Origin: an uncultured Gammaproteobacteria bacterium
Lineage (GTDB): Bacteria; Patescibacteriota; Microgenomatia; Levybacterales; GWA1-39-11
DNA length: 64,000 nucleotides
Direction: 5' to 3'
NCBI GenBank assembly: GCA_964531275.1
Contig: CAZHDZ010000002.1
Span: forward strand, 58,180-122,179
Part shown: positions 1 through 15,000 of the stretch, in pieces
How the letters are laid out: every line of letters starts with the position of its first letter
How positions within the stretch are numbered: the stretch's first letter is position 1
The notes under the pieces: model-generated
What the model was told of the DNA's origin: nothing
What the model saw: only the letters and a program-made list of their open reading frames with translations
Database searches by the model: none
Made by a program: the position numbers and the translations under genes

Positions 1-3000
1 AACACAAGATGTTACGTACACGCTTCCTCTAGATGACGGATCAAATAATTATGTTCTAACAACTGATGGTTCTGGGTTGTTGTCATGGCAGTCAGCATCT
101 GGCGTTGGTGCAGGTACCATAACAGCAGTCGGAAACGTTCTTTCAGGAACGGCATTTACTGGAAGCGATTCTCTTTCAAACAAAGGAAACACTCTCGTAT
201 TTGAAGGATCAACTTCAGTTGATGATGCGAATGACATTACGCTAACTGCAAGCAATCCTGTCTCATCCATAATATTTACGCTTCCAGATCTTGGTACAAA
301 CGGCACTTTTGCATTCCTTGAGGGTCTCCAGACTTTTACAGGGGCAAAGACCTTTAATGACATCACCATTGCCGATACAAACATCCCACTGTCAGGAGGA
401 AATACCACTCTGGACGTGACAGGTGGTGCAACTAGAACACTTACGTTGCTCAACTCAACAGGAGGTCAGGTAGCTGATTTTGATCTCTCAGACGGCTCGC
501 TATTAACTGCAGGTACATCAAGACTCACTAATGCAGGAGCTCTTCAAAATATAACCGGGTACAGCCAGTCATCCGGAAACTTCAGCCAGAGTGGCTCTGG
601 TAGTTTCTCAACAGGAACCGGGGCAGTATCTCTTAATGGCGCGACGACTACATCAACAACATTGGTAGTAGGGACCACATTAACAACCGGTGGAAGTGCA
701 AGCGTTTCTGGGAATCTAACTCTTGAAGGTGCTGGTCGATCGATTCAAACAACTGAGAACAACACATTAACACTTGGTGGCGCAACAACCGGAAATATTG
801 ACCTTAACGAAAATACCTATATTCTAGGAAGCAACACATTTAGTGTTGGTACAGGTCTTACTTCGCTTGGAGGAGCAATTAATGTAACCGGCGTTGCTAC
901 GTTTGATAACAACATTACCCAAACGGGTTCATCAACATTCTCAACAGGAACCGGTAATGTTACTTTGAACGGCAATACTACTGTTTCTACTGGTGTTTCT
1001 CTCACAGCAAACGGCCCGGTTGCTCTCGATCCTGATGGTGGTAATGACATTGTTCTTACAACTGCATTCGGAAGTGGTTCATACCTGCAAATAATCGGTC
1101 TTGATACTCAAACAGGTACTCAGCTTTGTATAGATGGTAGTAACCAAGTTGTTAAATGTAGCGCGGGGTCTACAACTTTGCAAGGGGCATATGATGGCGG
1201 CAATACAATAACAACCGCAAATAGCCGTGATATTGCAATTAATCTTGCCGGAAACGAGAATCTAACAGCTACAACATCTGCCGGTTCTAATGGTTATACA
1301 TCTTTTGCTTTGGCAAACGGATCAAATCCAAATCCACCATCCCAATTAGTGCTTATAGATAATCAGGATACAAATGAAGCCCTTCCAGCAGGACTAAGAA
1401 TAAAATCAGCAGGCGGAGGAATAACAACTGCAATTGATCTCTCTGATTCAGATATAGTAAATGCCCTTTCATTGGGTGCAAATGACGTTACTGCAACAAG
1501 CTTTGCAATAACCGGAAGCAATGGAAATATTTCAACAAATGGCACACTAACTGCTCTTGGAGATATTAATGCCAACTCGGGGGTTGTCGCAACAACCCAA
1601 ACCACTGCTTCTCTATTTAACTCAACTGTTACAAATCTTTCAGTTGGCAATGCCGCAACTACGCTTTCATTGGGAGCAGGAACAGGGACAACTACTGTAA
1701 ATAATGCCCTTAATGTAACTGGTCTTTCAACCTTCAATGCGGGGGCAACAATTCCATCAGGTCAGACACTGACGGCAAATGGACCTGTTGTTATCAATCC
1801 AAACCTTGGAAATGATATAACGCTTACAACTGATTATGTTGCTGGATCTGATCTGTATGTACCTGGTTTGGAGACGCCTGGAACTGCCGGAACTGCACTT
1901 TGTATTGAGACAGGCACTGACAGAGTTACAAAATGTTCTGCGTCAACATTTACACTCCAAGGAGCATATGACGGAGGAAATACAATCCTGACAACCGGTG
2001 GACGTGATATAGAATTTGATCTTGCCTCAGATGATAACTTTGCAATTACTACCGTTGCAGGATCGGTAAGCTACTCGGCTTTTGCTCTTGCAGATGGTTC
2101 AAATAGTGCGCCAGCTGGGCAACTAATATTAGTTGAAAATCAAGATCTTAATGAAGTTCTTGCCTCCGGCATAAAAGTTCAGTCTGCTGCAGGTGCAATC
2201 ACAAATGCACTTGACCTTTCAGATGCAGAAATAGTTAATGCGATATCCTTTGGCTTGAACAATATTGATGGTACTAACTTTGATGTCACCGGATCTAATG
2301 GGAATGTTACAACCGCAGGAGACATAGCGATAAATGGTGGAAATCTTACTACCACCCAAGCTGCATTTAATATCTTTAACACAGGTGTTGCTACATTAAA
2401 TATTGGCGGTGATGCAACAGCAATTTCTCTTGGAGATGGAACAAGTGTCACAACAATTAATGACGACCTTGTTGTATCAGGCGGAGTTCTTGATGCACTT
2501 TCTGCTCTTGCTCGAGTTGATTCATTGCAAGTTGGTGGAGGCTACGGTTCGACAGGTACAACAATCACAAATGCAGGAAATATCTCAACAAATGGAACTC
2601 TTACTGTTGATGGTATTTCAACACTAACTGGCTCTATCACAACTGCAGGGGATATTGCTGTAAATGGTGGAAATGTTACAACAACAGCAGGTACTGCTTA
2701 CCTATTTAATAGCGGTGCTACAACATTAAATATCGGTGGTGCTGCAACAACCCTTTCTCTTGGAGCATCAACAGGCACAACAACCGTTAACAACAACCTA
2801 ACGGTATCAGGTCTTATCTTGGCAAACGGCGGTATAACTATTCCAGCAGGTGAAGAACTGGCCGCAAGCGGAAGCGCTTCATTTGCACCAGACTTTACAA
2901 ATGACATAACATTCAATACTGATTCTGACTCCACAATCATCCTAAATGGAATTGGAACCGGAAGTGGAAACAGTCTCTGTCGAGAAGCTGGCACGAATAA

Positions 3001-6000
3001 TTTAGTTGAGTGTTCTGCCTCATCAATCACTTTGCAATCTGCATACAATGGCGGAAATACTATCTCAACTTCAGGTGGTCGAGATATTGCATTCACATTA
3101 AGTAACACTAACTTCAGCGCAACCGCTGCTGCTGGAACCAACTCATTCTCGCAATTTGCACTTGCTAACGGATCAAACGCAAATCCTGCAGGACAGGTTG
3201 TGTTAGTTGAAAATCTTGATACCGACCAGGCCATCGCAAGTGGCATTAGAATCCAGGCAGCCTCTGGAGGAATTACAAATGCACTCGATCTTTCAGATCC
3301 AGAGATTGTAAATGCTTTGTCTCTTGGAGCAAATGATATTACTGCAACTAACTTCTCAATTACAGGATCAACAGGTGCCTTTGCAACAAGCGATTCTATT
3401 ACTGCTTCAGGAGATATCAATGCCAACAGTGGAACAATTGCTTCTAATCAAGCAGCTGGGTTCTTATTTAATGCAGGTGTCTCTAATCTTTCCATAGGCG
3501 AGGATGCATCAACAATATCTCTTGGAGACGCGACAGGTACGATAACAATAAATAACCAGACACTCGCTCTTCCAAATGCAACTTCAATTACAGCAGCAGG
3601 TGCAGGACTTACCATTGGTTCTGTAACCGTGGGTGGTGGTTATGGAACGACTGGCACAACACTTTCAGGAAATGGGGACATTCAGACAAATGGTGCGCTA
3701 ACAGTTGATGGTATCTCTCAACTGTCTGGTAATGTTACGACCAACGGAGATTTGGCAGTTAATGGTGGCAACATAACCTCAACTCAAACGACCGCGAATC
3801 TATTTAACGCAACAGTAACAACCTTAAATATCGGAAGTGCAGCAACAACTGTTAGTTTGGGCGCAAACACCGGTACGACAACCGTAAATAATAATCTAGC
3901 TGTTTCGGATGCATTAACAGTTGGCCAACTTGCTACATTTAACGGTGGCGCTACTATTTCAAATGGAGAACGATTCTTGGCTTCTGGGTCAGCTGAATTT
4001 AATCCGAGTGGTTCAAATGACGTTTCAATTGCCGTTAGCTATAGTGCTGGTTCATACCTCCACATAACAGGTCTTGATACTCAGACCGGTACGACTCTTT
4101 GTATTGATGGATCAAGCAATGTTGTAAGATGCTCAGCTGCTTCAATCACATTGCAGTCTGCATATGATGGTGGAAATACAATTTCAACAACCGGTGGACG
4201 AAATATTGCGTACGTTCTCGCGAATGATGATGACTTTACGGTTACTACACCAGCAGGATCAACTGGTCAAAGCATCTTCTCACTCGCTAACGGCGGAGCA
4301 ACAAGTCCTTCAGAGCTTATCCTTGTATCAAACAATGATGTAGATACAACAATTGCCAACGGAATAACTATAAATTCTGCAGGAGGAGTTATTACTGACG
4401 CTCTTGATCTATCGGACTCTGAAATTGTAAACGCATTAAATCTTGGAGCAAATGATATTACCTCTTCCAACTTTACACTCACCGGTAGCAACGGAAATAT
4501 TTCAACAAATGGAACAATAACTGCTACTGGAGACATAACGACAACCGGCAATCTAGCTGTTAATGGTGGAAATATTACAACTACATCGACTGGCACTGCT
4601 GAAGTATTTAACTCAAATGCTACTGCTCTCAATATTGGTGGCGCTGCCGGCACAATCTCTATCGGTAATGGAACAAGTGTCACAACGGTTAATGATGATC
4701 TCGTTGTCTCTGGGGGCGCCCTTGATGCTCTCTCTGCTCTTGCCCGAGTTGACGGGTTACAAGTTGGTGGAGGATACGGTTCGACAGGTACAACTATTAC
4801 AAATGCTGGAAATATCTCAACCAATGGAACTCTTACTGTTGATGGTATTTCAACACTAACTGGATCTATCACAACTGCAGGGGATATTGCAGTAAATGGC
4901 GGAAATGTTACAACAACAGCTGGTACTGCTTACCTATTTAATAGTGGTGCTACAACATTAAATATTGGAGGGGCTGCAACTGCTATTACACTTGGAGCAA
5001 CCACAGGTACAACAACGGTAAGAAATAATTTGTCAGTATTAGGAAGTGCAAATGTCACCGGGTTCTCAACATTCAACGACAGAACGACTATTACTAACGG
5101 TCAGCAATTTAACGCATCAGGATCTGCTAACTTTAGTCCAAATATTGACAACGATGTTGTGATCAACACTGACGCTGATTCCTTCCTAACGCTTAATGGC
5201 CTTACCACTCCTGGTATTGCAGGGGACGCACTTTGTGTAGATGCATCAAATAACGTAACAAAGTGTTCTACAAATTCTGTTACTTTGCAATCTGCATACA
5301 ACGGCGGAAATACTATCTCAACCAGCGGTGGAAGAGATATTGCTTTTACTCTTAACAATACTAACTTCAGTGCAACTGCAGCAGCAGGAACCAACTCATT
5401 CAGTCAATTTGCATTGGCAAATGGATCTAATGCAAATCCTGCAGGACAAGTTGTGTTAGTTGAAAATCTTGATACAGACGAAGCAATCGCAAGTGGTATT
5501 AGAATCCAGGCTGCCTCTGGAGGAATTACAAATGCACTTGATCTTTCAGATCCTGAGATCGTAAATGCATTATCTCTTGGGGCGAATAACGTAGTTGCAA
5601 CCAATTTCTCAATAGCAGGATCAACTGGATCTATCACAACTGCAGGGGATATTGCTGTAAATGGTGGAAATGTTACAACAACAAATACAACAGCTGCATT
5701 ATTTAATACAAACGCTACAACTCTTTCTATCGGTGGTGCCGCAACGACCTTAACTCTTGGTAATGCTGCCGGCACAACTGCAGTTGCCGGAGGGCTTACT
5801 GTTGGTGGTGGATATGGATCAACCGGTGTAACGTTGTCCTCCGCAGGGGTAATTCAAGCGAACGGAGCCTTAACTGTTGACGGTATCTCAACTTTAACAG
5901 GATCTGTTACAACCGCCGGAGACATTGCGGTTAACGGCGGAAATGTTACGACAACAGCTGGTACTGCTTACTTGTTTGATACTAATGCTACAACATTAAA

Positions 6001-9000
6001 TATCGGTGGTGCTGCAACTGCTATTACACTTGGAGCAACCACAGGCACAACAACGGTTAGAAATAATTTGTCAGTATTAGGAAGTGCAAATGTAACCGGA
6101 TTTGCAACATTTAACGACAGAACAACCGTTACTAACGGCCAACAATTTAACGCGTCAGGATCTGCTAACTTTAGTCCAAATATTGACAACGATGTTGTTA
6201 TTAATACTGACGCTGATTCCTTCCTAACTCTTAATGGTTTGACTACTCCCGGTACTGCCGGATCTACCCTTTGTGTAGATGCATCAAATAATGTAACAAA
6301 ATGCTCTGCCTCATCAATTACGTTGCAATCTGCATACAATGGCGGAAATACTATCTCAACTTCAGGTGGTCGAGATATTGCTTTTACTCTCAACAATACT
6401 AACTTCAGTGCAACGGCAGCAGCAGGAACTAATTCATTCAGTCAATTTGCGCTTGCTAACGGATCAAATGCAAATCCTGCAGGACAAGTTGTGTTAGTTG
6501 AAAATCTTGATACAGACGAAGCAATCGCAAGTGGCATACGAATTCAGGCGGCCTCTGGAGGAATTACAAATGCACTTGATCTTTCAGATCCAGAGATTGT
6601 AAATGCATTGTCTCTGGGTGCCAACAATATAACTGCAACTAACTTTAGTATTACCGGATCAAACGGAGACGTTACAACTAATGGTTCAGTTACAGCTGCT
6701 GGTGATATAAATGCTAACTCAGGAGTAATTGCTACAACTCAAACAACAGGGACTATATTTAATGTCGGTGTAACTAACCTCTCAATTGGAAATGATGCAA
6801 CTACTCTCTCATTGGGAGATTCAACGGGGACAACAACAATCAACAACAACCTGACAGTAAGCGGTACTGCTCTTGATGCCCTTTCTGCCCTTGCCCGTGT
6901 CAGCTCTCTACAAGTTGGTGGTGGATACGCAGGTGGTACGGGATCAACGCTTGCAACGAATGGAGACGTAAGCTTGAATGGAATCCTAACAGTCGATGGC
7001 ACATCAACATTAACTGGTGATGTAACAGCAGCAGGGGACGTCGCCGTGAACGGTGGAGATATTACAACGACAGCAACAACATTTAATTTGTTAAATGCAA
7101 CTGTTACCACCCTTAATATTGGTGGAGCCACAACTGCTTACACAGTTGGAGGAACAGCTGCAACAGGAAACATACAGGGAACAACAATTAATCTTCCACA
7201 GGCAACGGTCCTTTCTGCAACGAGTGCGACCGCAGGATTTAGCGTTGTAAATGTTGGTGGCGGATATGCAGGCGGCACAGGATCAACTCTTGCAACCAAT
7301 GGGGATGCAAGCATTAACGGAATTCTTACTGTTGATGGTGCGTCAACTCTTACAGGAAACGTAACGGCTACCGGAGACCTTGCGGTTAACGGAGGGGATC
7401 TCACAACAACTGCTTCATCATTTAACTTACTAACAAGCCCTACCACCGTTAACTTTGCAACTGATGCAACTACTCTTTCAATTGGGGACGGCACCGGCAC
7501 GACCACTGTTAACAATGCTCTAACAATTACAGGTGCAACAACAGCGAATGGCAATTTCACGGCAAACGCAATATCAACATTCAATCTAACCGGAGGAAAT
7601 GATTTGACTATCAGTACAAATAACGGCTCCAACTCTAACTTAATTATTACTGACCTAGCAACTACAACAGGCACAACTCTTTGTATTACCGGAGGAAATG
7701 TTGTTGTGAAATGTGCAGGTGCTGCAGCCGGACTACAAGCATCATATGATGCCGGGAATACGATTTTGACAACCGGCTCAAGAGACATCGAATTTGAATT
7801 GGATCAGAATGATAATTTCACAGTCACTACAATTGCGGGGACAACTGGACATAGTATTTTTGCTCTGCAGGATGGTACTAATACTTCTCCAGCAACACAA
7901 TTAATCTTAGTTGAGAATCAAGATACCGATGAAGCTATAGCAAGCGGTATAACTGTTACCTCGGCAGGTGGAGCAATTACTTCTGGCATTGATCTTTCAG
8001 ATACAGATATTGTTGACGCTATCGCAATCGGAGCAAACAACATTAATGGCTCCATCTTTGATGTAGATGGTGCAACTGGAAATATAACTGCAGGAGACAT
8101 TGCTGTAAATGGTGCTGACATTACAACAACATCAACCGGTACTGCAAATGTATTCAACACTAATGCTACAACCCTAAATCTTGGAGGAGTTACGACAACC
8201 TACACTCTTGGAGGAACAGCAGCAACAGGAAATATTCAGGGAACAACTGTTAATTTCCCACAGGCAACTGTTCTTTCAGCAACAGGTGCAACAGCGAATA
8301 TCAATATTCTTAACGTCGGTGGCGGATACGGAACAACTGGCGCAACAATTGCAACTAACGGAAATATCTCAACAAACGGAACCCTAACTGTTGACGGAAT
8401 TTCTACTCTAACTGGAAATGTAACAGCAACTGGGGATGTAGCAATCAACGGCGGCGACCTAACTACAACTGCCGGAACATTCAACTTGCTTGCTTCTCCA
8501 ACAGTTCTTAATATCGGTGCTGCTGCAACAACATTGGAGTTGGGTGCGGGAACTGGAACAACCACAGTTAATAACAATCTCCAAGTCGACGGTACAACCA
8601 CATCAACCGGTCTTATTACGGCAAATGCCGGGGCTACTGTCAGCAATGGTCAAACGTTCCAGGCATTGGGCGTATCAACGTTCAATCCAGATTCCACAAA
8701 TGACGTGACATTTGTTACAGATGGAGCTGGTGGGTCAGATGTAATATTCCAGAATTTAGCTGTACAACCAGGAGACAATCTTTGTCTTGAAGACGGTTCT
8801 GATCGAATTGTCATCTGTGCAAGTTCTGCTATTTCATTACAGTCGGCTTATGATGGAGGGAACACAATTACAACAACTCCTGGTCTTGATATCGCATTCA
8901 CATTAGATGACTCCAATTTCTCAGCAACTGTAGCAGCTGGTACTACAGCTTTCAGCCAATTTGCTCTACAAGACGGATCAAATGCAAATCCTGCAGGTCA

Positions 9001-12000
9001 AATTGTTTTGGTTGAGAATCTTGATACTGATCAAGCAATCGCAAATGGTATCAGAATTCAAAGTGCCGCAGGTGGTATTACAAATGCACTTGACCTTTCA
9101 GATCCTGAGATTGTAAATGCACTCTCATTAGGGGCAAATAATATAACTGCAACCAACTTCTCAGTAACAGGAAGCAACGGAAATCTATCAACTAATGGCA
9201 CAATAACTGCTGCAGGTAATATCAATGCAAATAGCGGAACCATTAATACTACCCAGACAACAGGTAACATATTCAATAGCGTTGCAACGCTTAACGCAGG
9301 AACTTCGGCAACAACTTATACAATTGGTGGGACAACGGCAACAGGAAATCTCAGAGGCACAACAATCAACTTCCCTAACGCAACGGTTATAGACGGAAGC
9401 CTTGCAACTGCAGGCTTTGATGTTGTAAATGTTGGTGGCGGATACGCAGGTGGCACAGGATCAACTCTTGCAACAAATGGCGATGTAAGTCTAAATGGAG
9501 CACTAACTGTTGATGGTATCTCAACTCTAACAGGAAATGTAACAGCAACTGGGGATGTAGCAATCAACGGTGGAGACCTCACTTCAACAGCTACAACCTT
9601 CAATTTGTTAGCCAGCCCTACTACTATTAACTTTGGAGCTGGAGCAACAACCGGAATAAATATAGGTAATGCTGCCGGACTCGTCACATTGGCGAATGAT
9701 GTAACTATCAATGGGGACGCACTTGACGCTCTTTCGGCTCTTGCTCGTGTTGACTCATTGCAAGTCGGTGGTGGATATGGAACAACTGGCGTAACAATTA
9801 CAAATGCGGGTACCATCCAAGCAAATGGTAATCTAACCGTTGATGGTACATCTCAATTAACTGGAAATGTAACAGCAACAGGGGATGTTGCTGTCAATGG
9901 AGGAGATCTCACAACTACTGCTTCTTCATTCAATTTGCTTGCATCTCCAACAACTCTAACTATTGGAGCTGCTGCAAGCACTCTTACATTAGGTGTAAAT
10001 AGTGGAACTGCAACCATCAATAACACTACTCTTTCACTTCCAAACGCAAGCACAATAAATGCAACAGGAGCAACAGCAAATCTAAGTGTTGTAAATGTTG
10101 GTGGTGGATACTCTGGAGGATCTGGCTCGACCCTTTACACTAATGGTGACGCAAGCATTAACGGGATCCTAACTGTTGATGGTGCATCAACACTAACTGG
10201 TGACGTAACAGCAACAGGAGACTTGGCTGTCAATGGCGGAGATCTTACAACAACTGCCGGAACATTTAATCTACTTGCTTCTCCAACAGTTCTTAATATC
10301 GGAGCTGGAGCAACGACTCTTAATTTAGGAGCAACTACAGGAACAACAACGGTTAGGAATAATTTGAAAGTAAGCCTTGTTGATAACTCACCAGATGCGC
10401 TAGATATTGAACAGAATGGCGACAATTACATAAATGTCGACACAACAGATGGAAGTGAAGCAATTGCATTCGGATCAACGGCAGTTGCGCCTACATATAC
10501 ATTCTTAGGATCCGGTCTTACCACAATGGGTGGAAATCTTAACGTTAACGGTGGAACTCTTGCTTCCTCTCAAGCTACAGTTAATCTATTCAATGCAGCC
10601 CCTACGACAACTGTGAATGCATTTGGAAATGCTTCCGCAATTACAATTGGCGCAAATAACAGCGGAACACTAACTGTTCGAAACGATGTAGTAACTTTTG
10701 CCTCAGCAGATACTTTTAATGCAACGAGTGCTACAGCAAATATCAACATTCTCAATGTTGGTGGAGGATACGGAACAACTGGTGCAACAATTGCAACAAC
10801 CGGAGACATATCAACTAATGGAACACTTACTGTTGATGGCATTTCAACTTTGACAGGAGATGTAACGGCAACTGGGGATGTAGCAATTAATGGAGGAGAT
10901 CTCACAACAACTGCTTCATCATTTAACTTGCTCGCAAGCCCAACTACTATTAATTTTGGAGCTGCCGCAAGCACTCTTAACATCGGAGCTATTACAGGTA
11001 CAACAACTATCAGGAATTGGTTGACCGTTAACGGAGCTTCTACATTCAACGGAAATGTAATTGTTGCTGATAATAGGAGCTTTGATGCATCAGGTGCTGC
11101 AACCTTTACTCCATCAGGAAGCAACGACATCACATTTGCTGTAGATGATGCGAGTGGATCGTTCATAAATATTACTGGACTTGATACAACAGCTGGCACT
11201 ACTCTTTGTCTTGATGGATCAAATAATTTAGTTCTTTGTGCAGGCGCAACTCTTTCTCTTCAAAATGCATATGCAGGTGGAAATACAATATCAACAACTG
11301 GAGATGATATAGAGTTCATATTAAATGGATCAGATAATTTCACTGTTACAACTACAGCTGGTGCAACGGGTGGAAGTGTCTTTGCACTTGCGGATGGATC
11401 CAACGCAACTCCACCTACTCAATTAGTTCTTGTAGAAAATCAAGATACAAATGAAACGTTGACCTCCGGTATAGCAGTAAGTTCTGCCGGAGGTGCTATA
11501 ACTAGTGGTATTGATTTGACAGATACAGATATTGTTGACGCTATCGCAATCGGAGCAAACAACATTAATGGCTCCATCTTTGATGTAGATGGTGCAACTG
11601 GAAATATAACTGCAGGAGACATTGCTGTAAATGGTGCTGACATTACAACAACATCAACCGGTACTGCAAATGTATTCAACACTAATGCTACAACCCTAAA
11701 TCTTGGAGGAGTTACGACAACCTACACTCTTGGAGGAACAGCAGCAACAGGAAATATTCAGGGAACAACTGTTAATTTCCCACAGGCAACTGTTCTTTCA
11801 GCAACAGGTGCAACAGCGAATATCAATATTCTTAACGTCGGTGGCGGATACGGAACAACTGGCGCAACAATTGCAACTAACGGAAATATCTCAACAAACG
11901 GAACCCTAACTGTTGACGGAATTTCTACTCTAACTGGAAATGTAACAGCAACAGGAGACCTGGCTGTCAATGGTGGAGACCTGACAACAACTGCCGCCTC

Positions 12001-15000
12001 ATTTGCTCTTCTTGATACAACTGCAACGCAAATCGACTTTGCAGGAGCAGCTGCGCTTTTGACAATAGGAGCAGGTACCGGCACTACAACGCTAGATAAT
12101 AATTTGACAGTTAATTTAGTTGATGCAAATGCAGATGCTTTGGATATTCAGGAAGGAACAAGAAATTACATTAATGTAAATACTTCTAATGGTTCAGAAA
12201 ATATTTCATTCGGAAATGCTACAACCAATCCTTCCTACTCTTTCCTAGGATCAGGTACCACTACCTTTACTGGCCCAGCAACAGCAAATGGCGCTTTGAA
12301 TGCAAATGGTGTTTCAACATTTAACCCTACAACTAGTGGAGACGTTAACTTTGTGATGGACGAAGCAGCTGGTTCATACATTAACATAGTTGGGTTGGAT
12401 ACTGTGAGCGGAGACCCTCTTTGTCTTGATGGATCAGAGAACTTAGTTCTTTGCGCCGGAGCTTCTCTTTCTTTGCAAAATGCATATAACGGTGGAAATA
12501 CTATCTCAACAACTGGTAGCAGTATTGCCTTTACCCTTAATTCGGCAGACAATTTCTCAGTCACAACTGCAGCAGGCGCAACCGGGTATAGTGTATTCGC
12601 TCTTGCCGACGGATCTAATGCAACACCACCTACACAGCTTGTATTAGTTGAGAACCAAGATACAAATCAAGCAATTACAAACGGAATTAGAGTTATCTCC
12701 TCCGGAGGCGCTATAACAAACGGTATTGACCTTTCTGATACAGACATCGTGAATGCTCTTAATTTAGGGGCAAATGATATTACTGCTTCAAGCTTCTCAA
12801 TAACTGGATCCTCAGGAAATATTACAACTGCAGGAGATTTGGCTGTAAATGGTGCTGATATTACAACTACATCAACTGGTACAGCATATGTATTTGACAC
12901 TAATGCTACAGCACTAAATATTGGTGGAGCCGCTGGTGCGATTTCAATTGGTAATTCTACAAGCACAACTACAGTTAATGATGACTTAACAGTAACCGGA
13001 AATGCATTTGACGCACTTGCAGCTCTTGCTCGTGTTGACTCATTGCAAGTCGGTGGTGGATATGGAACTTCCGGCGTAACAATTACAAATGCAGGTACCA
13101 TCCAGGCAAACGGTAATCTAACTGTTGATGGTACATCTCAATTAACTGGAAATGTAACAGCAACTGGGGATGTTGCTGTCAATGGAGGAGATCTCACAAC
13201 TACTGCTTCTTCATTCAATTTGCTTGCATCTCCAACAACTCTAACTATTGGAGCTGCTGCAAGCACTCTTACATTAGGTGTAAATAGTGGAACTGCAACC
13301 ATCAATAACACTACTCTTTCACTTCCAAACGCAAGCACAATAAATGCAACAGGAGCAACAGCAAATCTAAGTGTTGTAAATGTTGGTGGTGGATACTCTG
13401 GAGGTAGCGGTTCAACTCTTGCAACAAATGGCGATGTAAGTCTAAACGGAGCTCTAACAGTTGATGGCATCTCAACATTAACAGGAGATGTTAGTGCAAT
13501 CGGAGATATTGATATAGACGGTGGAGATATTACAACGACCCAGACATCATTTAATTTACTCAACGCGAATGCAACAACTGTAAATTTTGCCGGCGATGCA
13601 ACAACTCTAAATATTGGTGATGGTGCTGGAGTTACAACATTAAATAACAATCTAAGGGCTAACTTGAGATCAAACACAGCAGATGCACTAGATATACAGC
13701 AAGGTTCTGATAACTACATTAACATCAGCACTCTAACCTCAACTGAGAATATTTCTTTTGGTAATGCAGTTATAAATCCTACCTACTCATTCCTAGGAAC
13801 GGGAGCTACAACATTTAATGGTGACGTTAATATTAATTCCGGCACAATACAGTCAAATCAAGGAACTATAAATGTATTCAACACCACTTCAACAGGAGTT
13901 AATGCTTTTGGAGCTGCAACTACACTGACATTAGGGGCAACCAGTGGTACAGCAACTGTAAGAAATTCAACGCTTTCATTGCCAAATGCTCGAGTTGGAA
14001 TTGGCACTGCCAGCCCATTAACTTCACTTCATGTCGTAAGACCATTAACACTTCCTGTAAATGGAAAAGCAGCTGTTATTGTTGATCAGTTGGAAAATCA
14101 GGATATCTTTACAGCATCTGCATCGGGAACGACAAGATTTACCGTAAGTAATGCTGGAAATGTAGTGGCTAGCGGCGACCTGGCCGTTAACGGAACTGGT
14201 ACTGCTGATATCACATCAACAAATACGCAGGCTTCCTTATTTAATACAACCGTTACCAATCTTTCTATCGGGGGTGCGGCAACCACAGTTTCCCTTGGTG
14301 TAGGTGGTGGAACAACAACAGTTAATAGCGCTCTTACCTCAACAGGGCTCATCACAGCTAATGCAGGAGCAACAATTGCATCAGGCCAGACTCTTCTTGC
14401 TCAGGGTGTTTCAACCTTTACACCTAACTTAACAAATGATGTAACAATCAATACTGACTCTGATTCATCGCTCATAATAACTGGGCTTACAGACGTAACA
14501 GGTTCAATATTGTGCGTATCTTCAAATGTTGTTGGTACGTGCGATGCGACATCGCAAAGCCTACAAGCTGCATATGACAACGGAAATACTATTGATACTA
14601 ATGACTCAAGCGACATTGCATTTACGCTTATGAACACTGCAGCTGATTCTAACTTTACAGTGACAACAGAACAGGGAGGTTCTGGCTATACACACCTTGC
14701 ATTAGAAGATGGAACAAATAATGTTGCACCTCCAGCACAATTGCTACGAATTGAAAATCAAGATACTGATGACATACTGGCTGCTGGCATAAAAGTTGAG
14801 TCAGAAGCAGGATTAATTGCCACCGGTATTGACCTTTCAGACACTGAAATAAATGACGCTATCAGTATTGGCGCTAATGACATTGAAGGAACTAATTTCG
14901 ACGTCGACGGTTCAAACGGAAATATAGTAACAGCAGGAACACTTGCTGTTAATGGGGGAACAATTTCCACAACTCAAACAGCAGGGACAATATTTAGTAC